A DNA stretch of 64,000 nt, from the NCBI GenBank assembly GCA_964566925.1, contig CAZMIZ010000001.1:219968-283967 (forward strand), given 5' to 3'. Shown piece by piece: positions 37,745 to 47,860 of the stretch. Each line of letters starts with the position of its first letter. Position 1 is the stretch's first letter. The notes under the pieces were generated by a model. It was given only the letters and a program-made list of their open reading frames with translations, did not search any database and was not told the DNA's origin. The DNA comes from an uncultured Gammaproteobacteria bacterium. GTDB taxonomy: Bacteria; Patescibacteriota; Microgenomatia; PFEM01; DATLAM01. The position numbers were made by a program, and so were the translations under genes.

Positions 37745-37936
37745 ATGGATTGTAAAATAGACCAAAATTTAAAGACCTGTCCTTGTACCTATCCCGGTTG
37801 TCCTCGGAAAGGAAAGTGTTGTGACTGCTTGAATTATCATTTATCGAGAAATGAACTACCAGCCTGTTGTTTCCCCCCCGAAGTAGAGAAGACCTATGAT
37901 CGTTCATTTGCCAATTTTGTTAAAATAAATAGCTGA
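37745..37936 (+). CDS. small Cys-rich protein (DUF6485-like)
   Basis: CPCTYPGCPRKGKCCDCL.YH...ELPACCF. Confidence 0.8.
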   Translation: MDCKIDQNLKTCPCTYPGCPRKGKCCDCLNYHLSRNELPACCFPPEVEKTYDRSFANFVKINS

Positions 37937-37964
37937 CAATTTTATTGGAGAGGAGGTGAAAAAC

Positions 37965-38894
37965 TTGATTAAGAAATTTTTATTAACTGGTGCCGCTTTG
38001 ATTTTTGCCTCTGGGGTGCTGATTACTTCGGTGATGAGGACATCGGCTCAAAGTTTAGCTCAATCTTATCAGGTAGAGCCAGTTTCGGTGACCGCGACTG
38101 ATGAGGCCATTCCTGAAGAGGTTGAAGGGACATCAGCGGCGGAAGCGGTTGAATATCAGCTTGCTTATCCCGGGATTTTACCCGATCATTTTCTTTATCC
38201 TTTGAAAATGATTAGGGATCAGATTTGGCTTTTTCTTACCACCGATTCTCTGAAAAAAGCCGAGCTCTTACTGCGTTTTGCCGACAAAAGGCTTTGGGCT
38301 TCCGAGATGCTCCTTGATAAGGCGAAAGAGGATTTGGCAGTAACTACGGCGACTAAAGCTGAAAAATACTTAGAGAGAGCCGTGGTTCAGGGAAAAGAGG
38401 CAAAAAAGGCCGGTAAGGAAACGGAAGTCTTTTTTGAAAAACTTTCCCAAGCTAGCCTGAAACATGAAGAGATGCTTTTAGGAATAAAGGATCGGGTTTC
38501 CGATAAAGCTAAAGGGATGGTTGAGAAAGCGCTTGAATACCCTCGTCGACTTTTGAAAGAAATAGAGAAAGGGTCTGAAGGAAAAGAGATTAGTGCCAGT
38601 TTAACTCTGGAATTCAGCCCAAACAAAATTGACACCTACCCCGATCTTCAACTTGAGCAACCGGTAACTGTTTTTGAGGCTTTGGAAAAAGTGGCTGGAG
38701 ATAACGAAATTGAGTTGGTGACTAAGCAATATGATTTTGGCGTTTTGGTAGAGTCGATTGGGGAGATAAAAAACACCCAAGATCAAGCCTGGATTTATTT
38801 TGTTAATGATCAGGCCGGCGAGGTGGCTTCGGATCAATATGAACTTTCTGACGGAGATATGATAGAATGGCGCTATATTGAGCCGGAGTTTTAA
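37965..38894 (+). CDS. secreted DUF5667 + DUF4430 (transcobalamin-like) fusion
   Basis: YPGILPDHFLYPLK..RD (DUF5667); TVFEAL...FGVLVESIG...WIYFVN...DGDMIEWRY (DUF4430); SD GGAGGTGA. Confidence 0.8.
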   Translation: MIKKFLLTGAALIFASGVLITSVMRTSAQSLAQSYQVEPVSVTATDEAIPEEVEGTSAAEAVEYQLAYPGILPDHFLYPLKMIRDQIWLFLTTDSLKKAELLLRFADKRLWASEMLLDKAKEDLAVTTATKAEKYLERAVVQGKEAKKAGKETEVFFEKLSQASLKHEEMLLGIKDRVSDKAKGMVEKALEYPRRLLKEIEKGSEGKEISASLTLEFSPNKIDTYPDLQLEQPVTVFEALEKVAGDNEIELVTKQYDFGVLVESIGEIKNTQDQAWIYFVNDQAGEVASDQYELSDGDMIEWRYIEPEF

Positions 38895-38919
38895 GATAAG
38901 AGGAGACAAGGATTTCTAA

Positions 38920-39462
38920 ATGAAAAAGCTATTGGCAGCTTTAATTTTAATTGGTTTGGGAGTGGCGGGGAGGACTGTTTTCCATCTTGCTCCCAACGTG
39001 GAGATGGTTACCTTAGCCTCGTTTTTGGCCGCCACCTATTTAGGGCGGAAATATGCCCTTTTGGTTCCTTTTGTAATCATGGTGATTACCGATACCTTGA
39101 TCGGGAACACCCACATTTTTATTTTTACCTGGTCGGCTTGGTTGATGATTGGGCTTTCCGGTTTGATTTTAAGAAAAACAAGCGGTCTTAAACTAATCGG
39201 TGCTGCTGCCGGAATGGGAATTTTAACTTCTTTATTTTTTTATCTTTACACCAATTTTGGCGTTTGGATTCTTGATTCTTGGGGAATGTATGACCGAAGC
39301 CTGACGGGATTAATTAATTGTTACGTCATGGGATTGCCTTTTTTGAAAGTCAATCTTTTGGGTAATTTAATTTTTGTTCCCGCCGGCTTTTCTGTAGCCG
39401 AATTGCTCTTTCGAAAAGAAAAGATCTTTAGTTTAGCGAAAGTTAAACAGTTGACATTTTGA
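38920..39462 (+). CDS. ECF S-component-like (DUF6580/BtuM-like) cobalamin transporter
   Basis: R....APNV, FFYLYTNFGVW...MY.....GL..CY.MGLPF; riboswitch adjacent. Confidence 0.8.
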   Translation: MKKLLAALILIGLGVAGRTVFHLAPNVEMVTLASFLAATYLGRKYALLVPFVIMVITDTLIGNTHIFIFTWSAWLMIGLSGLILRKTSGLKLIGAAAGMGILTSLFFYLYTNFGVWILDSWGMYDRSLTGLINCYVMGLPFLKVNLLGNLIFVPAGFSVAELLFRKEKIFSLAKVKQLTF

Positions 39463-39469
39463 AAATTAG

Positions 39470-39596
39470 CTCTAAGCACAGGAAACACCGGTAAAAGCCG
39501 GGGCTGTGCCGCAACTGTAACCCCGCCCCACTTGAGGCGGGGAAGCCAGAACACTGGCTTAGAGAAAGTTATTCGTCCTCTCGAGCAAGGGGAGAA
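39470..39596 (+). promoter_or_regulatory. cobalamin riboswitch aptamer
   Basis: P1 CTCTAAGC/GCTTAGAG; AGGAAAC-ACCGGTAAAAGCCGG-GCTGTGCCGCAACTGTAA; AAGCCAGAACACTG B12 box; P13 39576-93. Confidence 0.88.
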
Positions 39597-39607
39597 GGCT
39601 AGCGATG

Positions 39608-39642
39608 AAAACCTTCTTGCGGCTCGAGAAGGTTTTTTGTTT
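39608..39642 (+). terminator. riboswitch-controlled terminator
   Basis: AAAACCTTCTT/GAGAAGGTTTT + T-run; GGAGAAGG 39591-98 can pair with the 5' arm instead. Confidence 0.8.
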
Positions 39643-39644
39643 GT

Positions 39645-41624
39645 ATGGGGAAAGAACAACTTTTTGGTTTTTGTCCTTTTAGTTGGAAATCAGAGATAAT
39701 TGGGGTTATTGATAGTGTCCGCCATGGCCGGCCTTTAACTAAACGACTCAAAGGGACAACGGAAAATCTTTTAAGCGCCAGGAATGAAACCCAGGACCCA
39801 TCTGCCTATTCAGTCTGGGAGTATCAAGAGGGGATTGATAGAAAGGGGCGGCCCGACCTGGTTCATCCCCATTTCGGCTCAATGACCGACTCTCTTTTGC
39901 GGTATGTCGCCATTCAGAAATCATCGGCCGACCAGAGGATGGCTAGATTTCAATTAAAACAATGGCGATTGTTAAAAGAGGTTTTTTTAGAACTTAAGGA
40001 CGGAGAGGAAATTTACGCTTTAATCCCAAAGGCAGCCGAGATTGAGGACGGGGTCGCCTTAATGAAGTTAACGAAAGAGGGTGGTCGCTTCCTGAGTGAA
40101 AGCCAACTTTTACCCGAAAATTTTAATCAGGAAACAGTCACTCGGCTTTTTGAAAAGCTTCAAGAAAAAGGAATGGAGATAAAAAGCCTTGATGGGAGAG
40201 AGTCTTCTTTGCTTTTCTGGGTTGCTCAAGGAGGAAGAGAAACTTCGATTGATCTCAAAGAAGGTTTGCTACCAATCCTAAGCGAACTTTCCCAGCCGAT
40301 TTTAGCCCCGTCAAGGTTAACATCGCCCTCCTTTTCAGAGTTAGTTTTATCAAAAGAAGTTTTTGACTACCAGCCAATTCTAGGACCAATAGTCGAAATT
40401 GTTCAGAAAGAGAGCGTTGTCTTTTCTGCCGCCAATTTGACAACCACCCCTCCCAGAGGCGAGGAAAAAACTCTTTTTAGTCAAATAGCCACCTCAAGAT
40501 TAATCCTTCCGCCTGATTTACCCAATTTCTCGCGATCGCTGGAAAACGGCCAGCCTGGATTTTTGGAAGGGAACAGATTGACTAAGGAAAATCAACTTGT
40601 TGAAAAAAACGAAGAAGGTTCTGTTAAAAAAGAGCCGATCCTTGATCTGGAATTGTCAGACTTAAAGACAAAGGGAGTTGTTCAACCAGCTGAACCCCAA
40701 GAGACAGTTGCTGAAATAGTTAGTCATGATCAATTTGAAGGGGTTAACAGAGAAGAGGAAGAAATTGTTGTTTTTAGAGCGACTGAGTCCCTCCCATCAA
40801 AAATAGAACCCTTCTTTTTTAATCCGAAGAGACCTCAAGGCGATGAAAAGAAAATGTTAGAAATCGTCTTGCCTCTCTCTTGCCAGTTTAGTCGCCTTGA
40901 TAAGAGAGAAATTACTTTGCCAACCTTAACTATTCCTTGGATGGAGACGCCTTTAATTGAGACATTTTCGGCCGTTTTGGTTGAAGGATCGGTTTCTCAA
41001 GAGGTTGATCCACCAACACTAAAAGAGGAAGAGAGGAGTAGTGACAACCAGTCAGAGATAAAACTGCCTCCCCTGGACGAAGTCGTGACAGGGATAATGA
41101 TGGCCGAGGAAAGACCCGAAAGGTTATTGGAAGAGGGAATAATGGCTCTATCAAAACCTGGATCGGAAATTTCCAGAACTTTTCCTGATAGGCGATTTAA
41201 CTTTGATTTTTTAAAACGAAAGAGGAGAAATCAACCAGAGGAAGTTTTCCTTAATCTCAGACAGAAATTTCTAAATCGAAATCTGCGAGAGAGAAGAGTT
41301 CTTGATTGGCGAGAACGGCTTTTCCCAAAAGAAATGAATCGTATTGCTCCCACCGCCCGAGATTGGTTTGGGATTAGACAATCGCTCCTTTCTCCAGCCA
41401 TGATCGATTTAGTTATTTTCTGGCTTTTGGAAATGGACTTGATTATTTCTCAACCAGCTCTTTATCAACTAAGGCCAAGTGGTTTACCTCTAATGGTGTT
41501 TAAGAAAGACGGAAGACTTTTGGTAGCAAAGAGGGGAATTCGCGATGATTCTCTGGGAATTGAAAGTTTGCTGACCCGAAGAAAAGAACTCTTTTCTCAA
41601 CCTTTTTTATTTTTAACAATCTAA
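39645..41624 (+). CDS. large hypothetical protein, largely low-complexity
   Basis: 659-aa ORF, acidic/Pro-rich middle; no family recognised. Confidence 0.6.
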   Translation: MGKEQLFGFCPFSWKSEIIGVIDSVRHGRPLTKRLKGTTENLLSARNETQDPSAYSVWEYQEGIDRKGRPDLVHPHFGSMTDSLLRYVAIQKSSADQRMARFQLKQWRLLKEVFLELKDGEEIYALIPKAAEIEDGVALMKLTKEGGRFLSESQLLPENFNQETVTRLFEKLQEKGMEIKSLDGRESSLLFWVAQGGRETSIDLKEGLLPILSELSQPILAPSRLTSPSFSELVLSKEVFDYQPILGPIVEIVQKESVVFSAANLTTTPPRGEEKTLFSQIATSRLILPPDLPNFSRSLENGQPGFLEGNRLTKENQLVEKNEEGSVKKEPILDLELSDLKTKGVVQPAEPQETVAEIVSHDQFEGVNREEEEIVVFRATESLPSKIEPFFFNPKRPQGDEKKMLEIVLPLSCQFSRLDKREITLPTLTIPWMETPLIETFSAVLVEGSVSQEVDPPTLKEEERSSDNQSEIKLPPLDEVVTGIMMAEERPERLLEEGIMALSKPGSEISRTFPDRRFNFDFLKRKRRNQPEEVFLNLRQKFLNRNLRERRVLDWRERLFPKEMNRIAPTARDWFGIRQSLLSPAMIDLVIFWLLEMDLIISQPALYQLRPSGLPLMVFKKDGRLLVAKRGIRDDSLGIESLLTRRKELFSQPFLFLTI

Positions 41625-41910
41625 AACTTTAAAGAGCAAATTTTTTGCCCCCCCTTCCGTCACCGGATTTATTTTTCGGAAAGAGAAAGTATTCAATTTG
41701 GAGAAAATTATCGCCACCAAAATCTTTAATCGAAAAGACCAAAAACTGCTGGCTCTTAAACTTCTGATACATTTTGATGTTTTTTTTGGGGCTTGACAAG
41801 GAGACAAGGGGAGAGGTTAAGATTACTTCACTTGTTCGACTGAGTGTTTGGATTATTTGTAAACTCCTGCCATTTCTCAAAAGAGAAATTTTTGTTTTTT
41901 AAGGATTTTT

Positions 41911-44028
41911 ATGGCAAAGAAAATTAAACTGACGATTAAGAAGATTAAAAAGCGGGATGGCCGAGTGGTTCCCTTTGATCGAAAGCGGATTGCCAATGCC
42001 ATTTGGAAGGCAGCTCGGGCGGTGGGAGGAAAAGATCGAAAAAGGGCCCAGTATCTTTCTGGCGAAGTAACCAAGATTTTAGAGGATCGTTTTAATGGCC
42101 ACACGATTGCTACGGTGGAGCAAGTTCAAGATGTTGTTGAGCAAGTGTTGATGCGCCACGGCCACTATACGACCGCTAAAGCCTACATTCTTTATCGGGA
42201 TCTTCATAACAAACTTCGCGATGTCAAGTCTTTAATTGATTCAGATGAACTGATTGGTAATTATATCAACGGAATGGACTGGCAAGTTAAAGAAAACAGC
42301 AACATGAGTTATTCCCTCCAAGGATTGAATAATCACGTGGCCTCGGATATCTCACGGCGCTATTGGCTTAACCAGCTTTACCCTAAGGACGCTAAAAATG
42401 CTCATCTTTCTGGTGATTTTCATATTCATGACCTCCAACTTTTGGCTCCCTATTGCGTCGGTTGGGACCTTAAAGATTTTTTAATAAGAGGTTTTACCGG
42501 CGTTCCCGGAAAACTCTCTAGTGCTCCACCAAAACATCTTCGAACCGCCCTGGGCCAACTCTATAATCTTTTCTACACTCTCCAGGGTGAATCAGCTGGG
42601 GCGAATGCCGTTTCTAGTTTTGACACTCTACTGGCGCCTTTTATCTGGAAAGATAGGCTTTCCTATAAAGAGGTTAGACAGGCGATGCAGGAGTTTTTGA
42701 ACAACATGAATGTTCCCACCCGGGTCGGTTTTCAGACGCCTTTTACCAACATTACCCTTGATCTTCATCCCCCTAAGACTTTTGCTGAAGAGGCAGCGAT
42801 TATCGGGGGGAAACCGATTAATCGAAAATATAAATCTTTTCAAAAAGAAATGAATATGATTAATCGGGCTTTTGCCGAAGTGATGTTTGATGGTGATTCT
42901 CAAGGGAGAGTTTATACTTTTCCAATTCCTACCTACAACATTACTCGCGATTTTCATTGGGGCAACGGTGAGTGGAATTTTATTTGGGAAATGACTGCCA
43001 AGTATGGGATTCCCTATTTTTCCAATTTTGTTAATTCCGATATGAAGCCAGAAGACGCTCGGAGTATGTGTTGTCGACTTCGCCTTGATAATCGAGAATT
43101 AAGGAAACGAGGGGGCGGTTATTTTGGTTCGAATCCTTTGACGGGTAGCATTGGGGTGGTTACCCTCAATTTGGCTCGGATTGGTTATCTGGCTAAAAAT
43201 GAAGAAGATTATTTCCGGCGGCTAACTAAGTTGATGGACATCGCTCGAGAGAGCCTTTTAACCAAACGTCAAGCCCTTGAAACATTGACAGAACAAGGCC
43301 TTTATCCTTATTCGCGATTTTATCTTGCCGGCATCAAAAAACGTTTTGGCGGTTACTGGAAGAATCATTTCAACACGATTGGCATTCATGGTATGAATGA
43401 GGGTTTAACAAATTTCATGAATGAGGATATTGGTTCTAATAAGGGCAGGCGATTTGCCATCAAAACTCTTGATTTTATTAGGAAAAGATTGGCTAATTAC
43501 CAAAAAGAGGTCAATGAGCTTTTTAATCTTGAAGCCACCCCAGCCGAAGGCACCACTTATCGCTTCGCCACCCTAGACAAGAAAATTTATCCTAAGATTA
43601 AGGTGGCTAACGAAAAAGACGTTCGAGAAAATGGCGGCCAACCTTACTACACCAACTCCACCCAGCTGCCAGTAGGCTACACTGATGATATTTTTGAAGC
43701 TTTAGATCTTCAGGACGAACTTCAGACCAGATATACCGGCGGCACGGTCCTTCATGGATTTTTGGGGGAAGCCATTCAAGATGGAGAAGCAACCAAGTTG
43801 TTAGTCAAGAAAATTGCGGAAAATTATCATCTTCCTTATTACACTTTGACGCCGACTTTCAGCGTTTGTGAGTCACATGGCTACCTTAAGGGGAGGCAGG
43901 AGTCTTGCCCGGATTGTGGAGCCAGGACAGAAATTTTTTCCCGGGTGGTGGGTTATCTTCGGCCAATTCAGCAATGGAATCCCGGAAAACGGGCTGAATT
44001 TCGGGATCGGAAAGGTTTTGTTGTTTAA
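41911..44028 (+). CDS. nrdD: class III anaerobic ribonucleoside-triphosphate reductase
   Basis: ATP cone, HIHDL, SMCCRL, EATPAEG, Zn motif, SRVVGYLRP glycyl-radical loop. Confidence 0.96.
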   Translation: MAKKIKLTIKKIKKRDGRVVPFDRKRIANAIWKAARAVGGKDRKRAQYLSGEVTKILEDRFNGHTIATVEQVQDVVEQVLMRHGHYTTAKAYILYRDLHNKLRDVKSLIDSDELIGNYINGMDWQVKENSNMSYSLQGLNNHVASDISRRYWLNQLYPKDAKNAHLSGDFHIHDLQLLAPYCVGWDLKDFLIRGFTGVPGKLSSAPPKHLRTALGQLYNLFYTLQGESAGANAVSSFDTLLAPFIWKDRLSYKEVRQAMQEFLNNMNVPTRVGFQTPFTNITLDLHPPKTFAEEAAIIGGKPINRKYKSFQKEMNMINRAFAEVMFDGDSQGRVYTFPIPTYNITRDFHWGNGEWNFIWEMTAKYGIPYFSNFVNSDMKPEDARSMCCRLRLDNRELRKRGGGYFGSNPLTGSIGVVTLNLARIGYLAKNEEDYFRRLTKLMDIARESLLTKRQALETLTEQGLYPYSRFYLAGIKKRFGGYWKNHFNTIGIHGMNEGLTNFMNEDIGSNKGRRFAIKTLDFIRKRLANYQKEVNELFNLEATPAEGTTYRFATLDKKIYPKIKVANEKDVRENGGQPYYTNSTQLPVGYTDDIFEALDLQDELQTRYTGGTVLHGFLGEAIQDGEATKLLVKKIAENYHLPYYTLTPTFSVCESHGYLKGRQESCPDCGARTEIFSRVVGYLRPIQQWNPGKRAEFRDRKGFVV

Positions 44029-44037
44029 TAAAGATCA

Positions 44038-44748
44038 ATGACTATTGGGGGGTTGCAGAAGGTCAGCCTGCTCGATTTTCCTGCCCATTTAGCCGCCATT
44101 GTTTTTGTTAAAGGCTGCAATTTTTCTTGTCCCTTTTGCTTCAATCGAGACCTGGTTTTAGGAGAAACGCCCACGATTAAGCAAACAACAATTCTTTCTT
44201 TTTTAAAAAAAAGAAAGAAGCTTCTTGATGGTGTAGTTCTGACCGGCGGGGAACCTCTCCTTCAAGAAGATTTAGAGAAGTTTATTAGACAGGTAAGACG
44301 TTTGGGTTATAAAATTAAACTGGATACCAACGGCGCCTCACCTGAGCTTTTAGAAAAACTAATTCAAAAGAAATTGCTCGATTATGTTGCCTTAGATTTT
44401 AAGGCCCCTTTTGATGAAACTTATACCAAAGCGGTGGGGAAGGAAGAGTTTGACCCAAAAGTGATTGGCGATTCGTTAAAAATAATCCTCAAATCAAAAA
44501 TTCCTTTCGAACTGCGGACGACCATTGTTCCGGGAATTCACGATCAAAAGACGTTAACAAAAATGGCCAGACAGCTAAAAAAAACTCTGGGTAAGAGAAA
44601 GGCTAGTTGGTATTGGCAAAACTTTCGGCCTACCAACTGCCTAAATCCCGAATTTGAAAAGATTTCTCCTTATAGCAAGATGGGATTAGAACGTTTTTTA
44701 AAAGCCGCCCAAAAATATTATCCAAAGGCCGAGTTAAGAGAAGGTTGA
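44038..44748 (+). CDS. nrdG: RNR-activating radical SAM enzyme
   Basis: GCNFSCPFCFN, TGGEP, KLDTNG. Confidence 0.93.
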   Translation: MTIGGLQKVSLLDFPAHLAAIVFVKGCNFSCPFCFNRDLVLGETPTIKQTTILSFLKKRKKLLDGVVLTGGEPLLQEDLEKFIRQVRRLGYKIKLDTNGASPELLEKLIQKKLLDYVALDFKAPFDETYTKAVGKEEFDPKVIGDSLKIILKSKIPFELRTTIVPGIHDQKTLTKMARQLKKTLGKRKASWYWQNFRPTNCLNPEFEKISPYSKMGLERFLKAAQKYYPKAELREG

Positions 44749-45063
44749 ATGACAAAGTTAACCAAATTAAGCGAAATTCAAAAATATGTGGCTAAATGGA
44801 TTGAAAGGGTGGGGGAAAATGACTGGGAGAAATGGAATTACTTCGCCCGGTTAGTAGAAGAAGTAGGGGAGGTAGGCGAAATTCTTTCGATCAGAGAAGG
44901 GCACAAAAAATATAAAAAAGCCAAATCAGGAAGATTAGAAGAAGAGATGGGTGATATTCTCTTTGTTTTGGCGGCGCTAGCCAATAAATTAGAAGTTGAT
45001 TTAGAGGAAGCCTTTATCGAATGCCGCAAAAAGCTAAAAAGAAAATTCGGCGACATTGATTAG
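44749..45063 (+). CDS. MazG-like nucleotide pyrophosphohydrolase
   Basis: LVEEVGEV, EEEMGDILF. Confidence 0.9.
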   Translation: MTKLTKLSEIQKYVAKWIERVGENDWEKWNYFARLVEEVGEVGEILSIREGHKKYKKAKSGRLEEEMGDILFVLAALANKLEVDLEEAFIECRKKLKRKFGDID

Positions 45064-45112
45064 TTCTTGCTGATTGTTTCCGAATCCAAGAAGTATTATA
45101 ATTGACTTCGAG

Positions 45113-45493
45113 ATGGCTCAACTGCCCGATGAACCACAGGTTCCTTTACCAAAGGAACAAAAAGACCTTGTTTCTCGGCTTTTTCCGGAAAAGCATCCAG
45201 TGGTGGAACGAGCCACCACTCCTGAAGTGCCGCCCGAAATTGAGCACGCCGAGGCCATTCCTGGGGCCGAAATTCAACTACCCCAACCAGTGACCGATGA
45301 TACTACCGGTCAGGTATTGGTTACCTCGCCGACAGCCATCCAGCCCAAGATCGTCCTGCCTTTAACCGAAGAAGAGATTGAGAGAGGTTTACACCTGAAA
45401 GTGATCCATTCTTTTCGTTGGCTGGCTGAATGGTGTCGACGGCTAATCAAGGTCTTTCACGGCCAAGTGGTTTACCGACAGGCTAAAAAATAA
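45113..45493 (+). CDS. hypothetical protein coupled to VirD4-like ATPase
   Basis: ATG 45113; LPLTEEE...SFRWLAEWCRR; stop overlaps next start. Confidence 0.65.
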   Translation: MAQLPDEPQVPLPKEQKDLVSRLFPEKHPVVERATTPEVPPEIEHAEAIPGAEIQLPQPVTDDTTGQVLVTSPTAIQPKIVLPLTEEEIERGLHLKVIHSFRWLAEWCRRLIKVFHGQVVYRQAKK

Positions 45494-47835
45494 TGAGTCC
45501 TAATCTGGCTACCAATTTAATCAACAACATTCAATACTTTGTTTTCTTATTTCTTTTGGCTGGGATAGCCTGCTTAGGCTTAGTTGGTTTAGGCTATCTG
45601 GCTCTTCTTTGGGGGAAACACCGCCATCGAGAAGAGCATTCTCTAAATTTTGTTCTCCTTCAAGTTTCGGTGCCGCGAGACAACGAAATCAAAATTGACG
45701 CCGCCGAGCAACTCTTTGCCAGTCTTTATTCAATTAAAAAAGGCGGCTGGTTTTCTTTTTTGCGACCTCAAGAACACGTTTCTTTTGAGATTGTTGCCCT
45801 CCCCGAAGATATTCGCTTCTATATGTCTGTTCCTGAAAAATTGCGGGATATGGTAGAAAAGCAAATTCATGGGGCTTATCCAGGTGCAGAAGTTAAGGAA
45901 GCTCCAGAGTACAAAATATTTTCAGAAAAAGGCAAAGTTGCCTTTACATCTTTACAATTGAGGGCAGCTTCTTTCAACCCAATTAAGGTTTATCGAGATT
46001 TACCGACCGATCCTTTGTCTTCGATTACCAGTGCTTTAGCCAAAATGCAAGAAAGGGAGGGGGCGGCGATCCAGATTATTGTTTCGCCTGCAGATAATAA
46101 GTGGCGGGCCGCCGGCAAAAGTTTTATTTCTAAAACTAAAAAAGAAGAAGCCGATGTTGAGAAGGCTAAATTTAAGATTGATGCCAAAACCTTAGAGGCA
46201 ATTGAAAATAAATGTTCCAAGCCCGGCTTTGAAGTTATTATTCGGATGGTGGTTTCCGCGGAAACCACAGAAGCGGCCAAGGCCCATCTTTCCAATCTTA
46301 AAAGCGCTTTTGAGCAGTTTTCCGGAGATCTGAACGGCTTTAAGAAGCGCAAACAGCTTATTAAAAGAACCTTCATGATTGATTTTATTTATCGGTATGC
46401 CCCAATGTTCCATTTTCTAGGAAAAAGGTCGATTCTTAATTCAGAAGAATTGGCGACTATCTTTCATTTTCCCAATAAATCAGTGGAGACACCTCACATT
46501 CATTGGCTTTATTCTAAAAGAGCCCCGGCCCCAATTGAAGTTCCCAAGACTGGCCTTTTTCTTGGTAAAAGTGTTTATCGGGGGGTGACCCGAAAGGTTT
46601 ATATTTCAGATAGCGATCGGCGGCGCCATCTCTATATTATTGGTAAAACCGGGACCGGCAAATCCGAGCTTTTGCGTGATTTGGTTCTCCAAGACATTAG
46701 GAGCGGCAAAGGTGTTTGTTTGATCGACCCTCATGATTTAGCTGAGGACTTATTGGGCTATATTCCGCCGGAACGGGCCGAAGACGTGATTTACTTTGAT
46801 CCTTCGGACACCGAACGACCCATGGGCTTGAATCTTCTTGAGGCCTACAACGAGGAACAACAACATTTTATCACCACGGCGATTATTAACCTGATGTATA
46901 AACTTTACGATCCTTATAAAACGGGAATCATTGGTCCCAGGTTCGAGCACGCAATCAGAAACGCGATGTTAACCGTCATGGCCGAACCAGGGAACACTTT
47001 TGTGGAAGTGGTTCGCTGTCTGACCGATTCTAAATTTGTTCAAGAACTTCTCCCTAAAGTAACTGACCCGATGGTCCGCCGCTATTGGACAGACCAAATT
47101 GCCCAGACAGCCGACTTCCATAAATCCGAGGTTTTAGACTATATTGTTTCTAAGTTTGGCCGGTTTGTTACCAACAAGATGATGCGTAATATCATTGGCC
47201 AGTCTAAATCAGCTTTTGATTTCAGAAAAGTGATGGACGAGGGAAAAATTTTAATTATAAACCTAGCTAAAGGAAAAATTGGGGAAGAAAATTCCAGCTT
47301 TTTGGGATTGGTCATGATTCCCAGAATCTTGATTGGGGCAATGAGTCGGGCCGATGTTCCTGAAGAGAAGCGGCGCGATTTTTATCTTTACGTTGATGAA
47401 TTTCAAAACTTTGCTACTCCTGACTTTGCCCAGATCCTTTCCGAGGCAAGAAAATTTAGACTTAACCTGACTGTGGCCAATCAGTTTATTGGCCAGATGG
47501 AAGAAGAAGTTAAGAATGCGGTTTTTGGTAACGTCGGCACAATTGTTGCTTTTCGGGTGGGAGTTTCTGATGCCAACTATTTAGCCCGAGAATATCAGCC
47601 GGTCTTCGCTGAAGACGATCTTTTAAACATTGACCGCTTCCATGTTTACATTAAAACGATTGTTAACAATGAGCCAGTCCCTGCTTTTTCGATGGATTTG
47701 ACTAAAGACATGAAGGCCATGGAGAAGGAGAGAAATCCCAAAGTAGCGGAGATGATCAAACAGCTTTCCCGTCTCAAGCTTGGTCACGACAAACAAATAG
47801 TGGAAGCAGAGATCGCCCAAAGAGCTCGACTTTAG
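45493..47835 (+). CDS. VirD4/TraG/HerA-like membrane-anchored ATPase
   Basis: N-terminal TM; HLYIIGKTGTGKS Walker A; LYVDEFQNF Walker B; LSEARKF, ANQF. Confidence 0.88.
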   Translation: MSPNLATNLINNIQYFVFLFLLAGIACLGLVGLGYLALLWGKHRHREEHSLNFVLLQVSVPRDNEIKIDAAEQLFASLYSIKKGGWFSFLRPQEHVSFEIVALPEDIRFYMSVPEKLRDMVEKQIHGAYPGAEVKEAPEYKIFSEKGKVAFTSLQLRAASFNPIKVYRDLPTDPLSSITSALAKMQEREGAAIQIIVSPADNKWRAAGKSFISKTKKEEADVEKAKFKIDAKTLEAIENKCSKPGFEVIIRMVVSAETTEAAKAHLSNLKSAFEQFSGDLNGFKKRKQLIKRTFMIDFIYRYAPMFHFLGKRSILNSEELATIFHFPNKSVETPHIHWLYSKRAPAPIEVPKTGLFLGKSVYRGVTRKVYISDSDRRRHLYIIGKTGTGKSELLRDLVLQDIRSGKGVCLIDPHDLAEDLLGYIPPERAEDVIYFDPSDTERPMGLNLLEAYNEEQQHFITTAIINLMYKLYDPYKTGIIGPRFEHAIRNAMLTVMAEPGNTFVEVVRCLTDSKFVQELLPKVTDPMVRRYWTDQIAQTADFHKSEVLDYIVSKFGRFVTNKMMRNIIGQSKSAFDFRKVMDEGKILIINLAKGKIGEENSSFLGLVMIPRILIGAMSRADVPEEKRRDFYLYVDEFQNFATPDFAQILSEARKFRLNLTVANQFIGQMEEEVKNAVFGNVGTIVAFRVGVSDANYLAREYQPVFAEDDLLNIDRFHVYIKTIVNNEPVPAFSMDLTKDMKAMEKERNPKVAEMIKQLSRLKLGHDKQIVEAEIAQRARL

Positions 47836-47860
47836 GCTCAGAATTTGCTAAAATTAGCCT

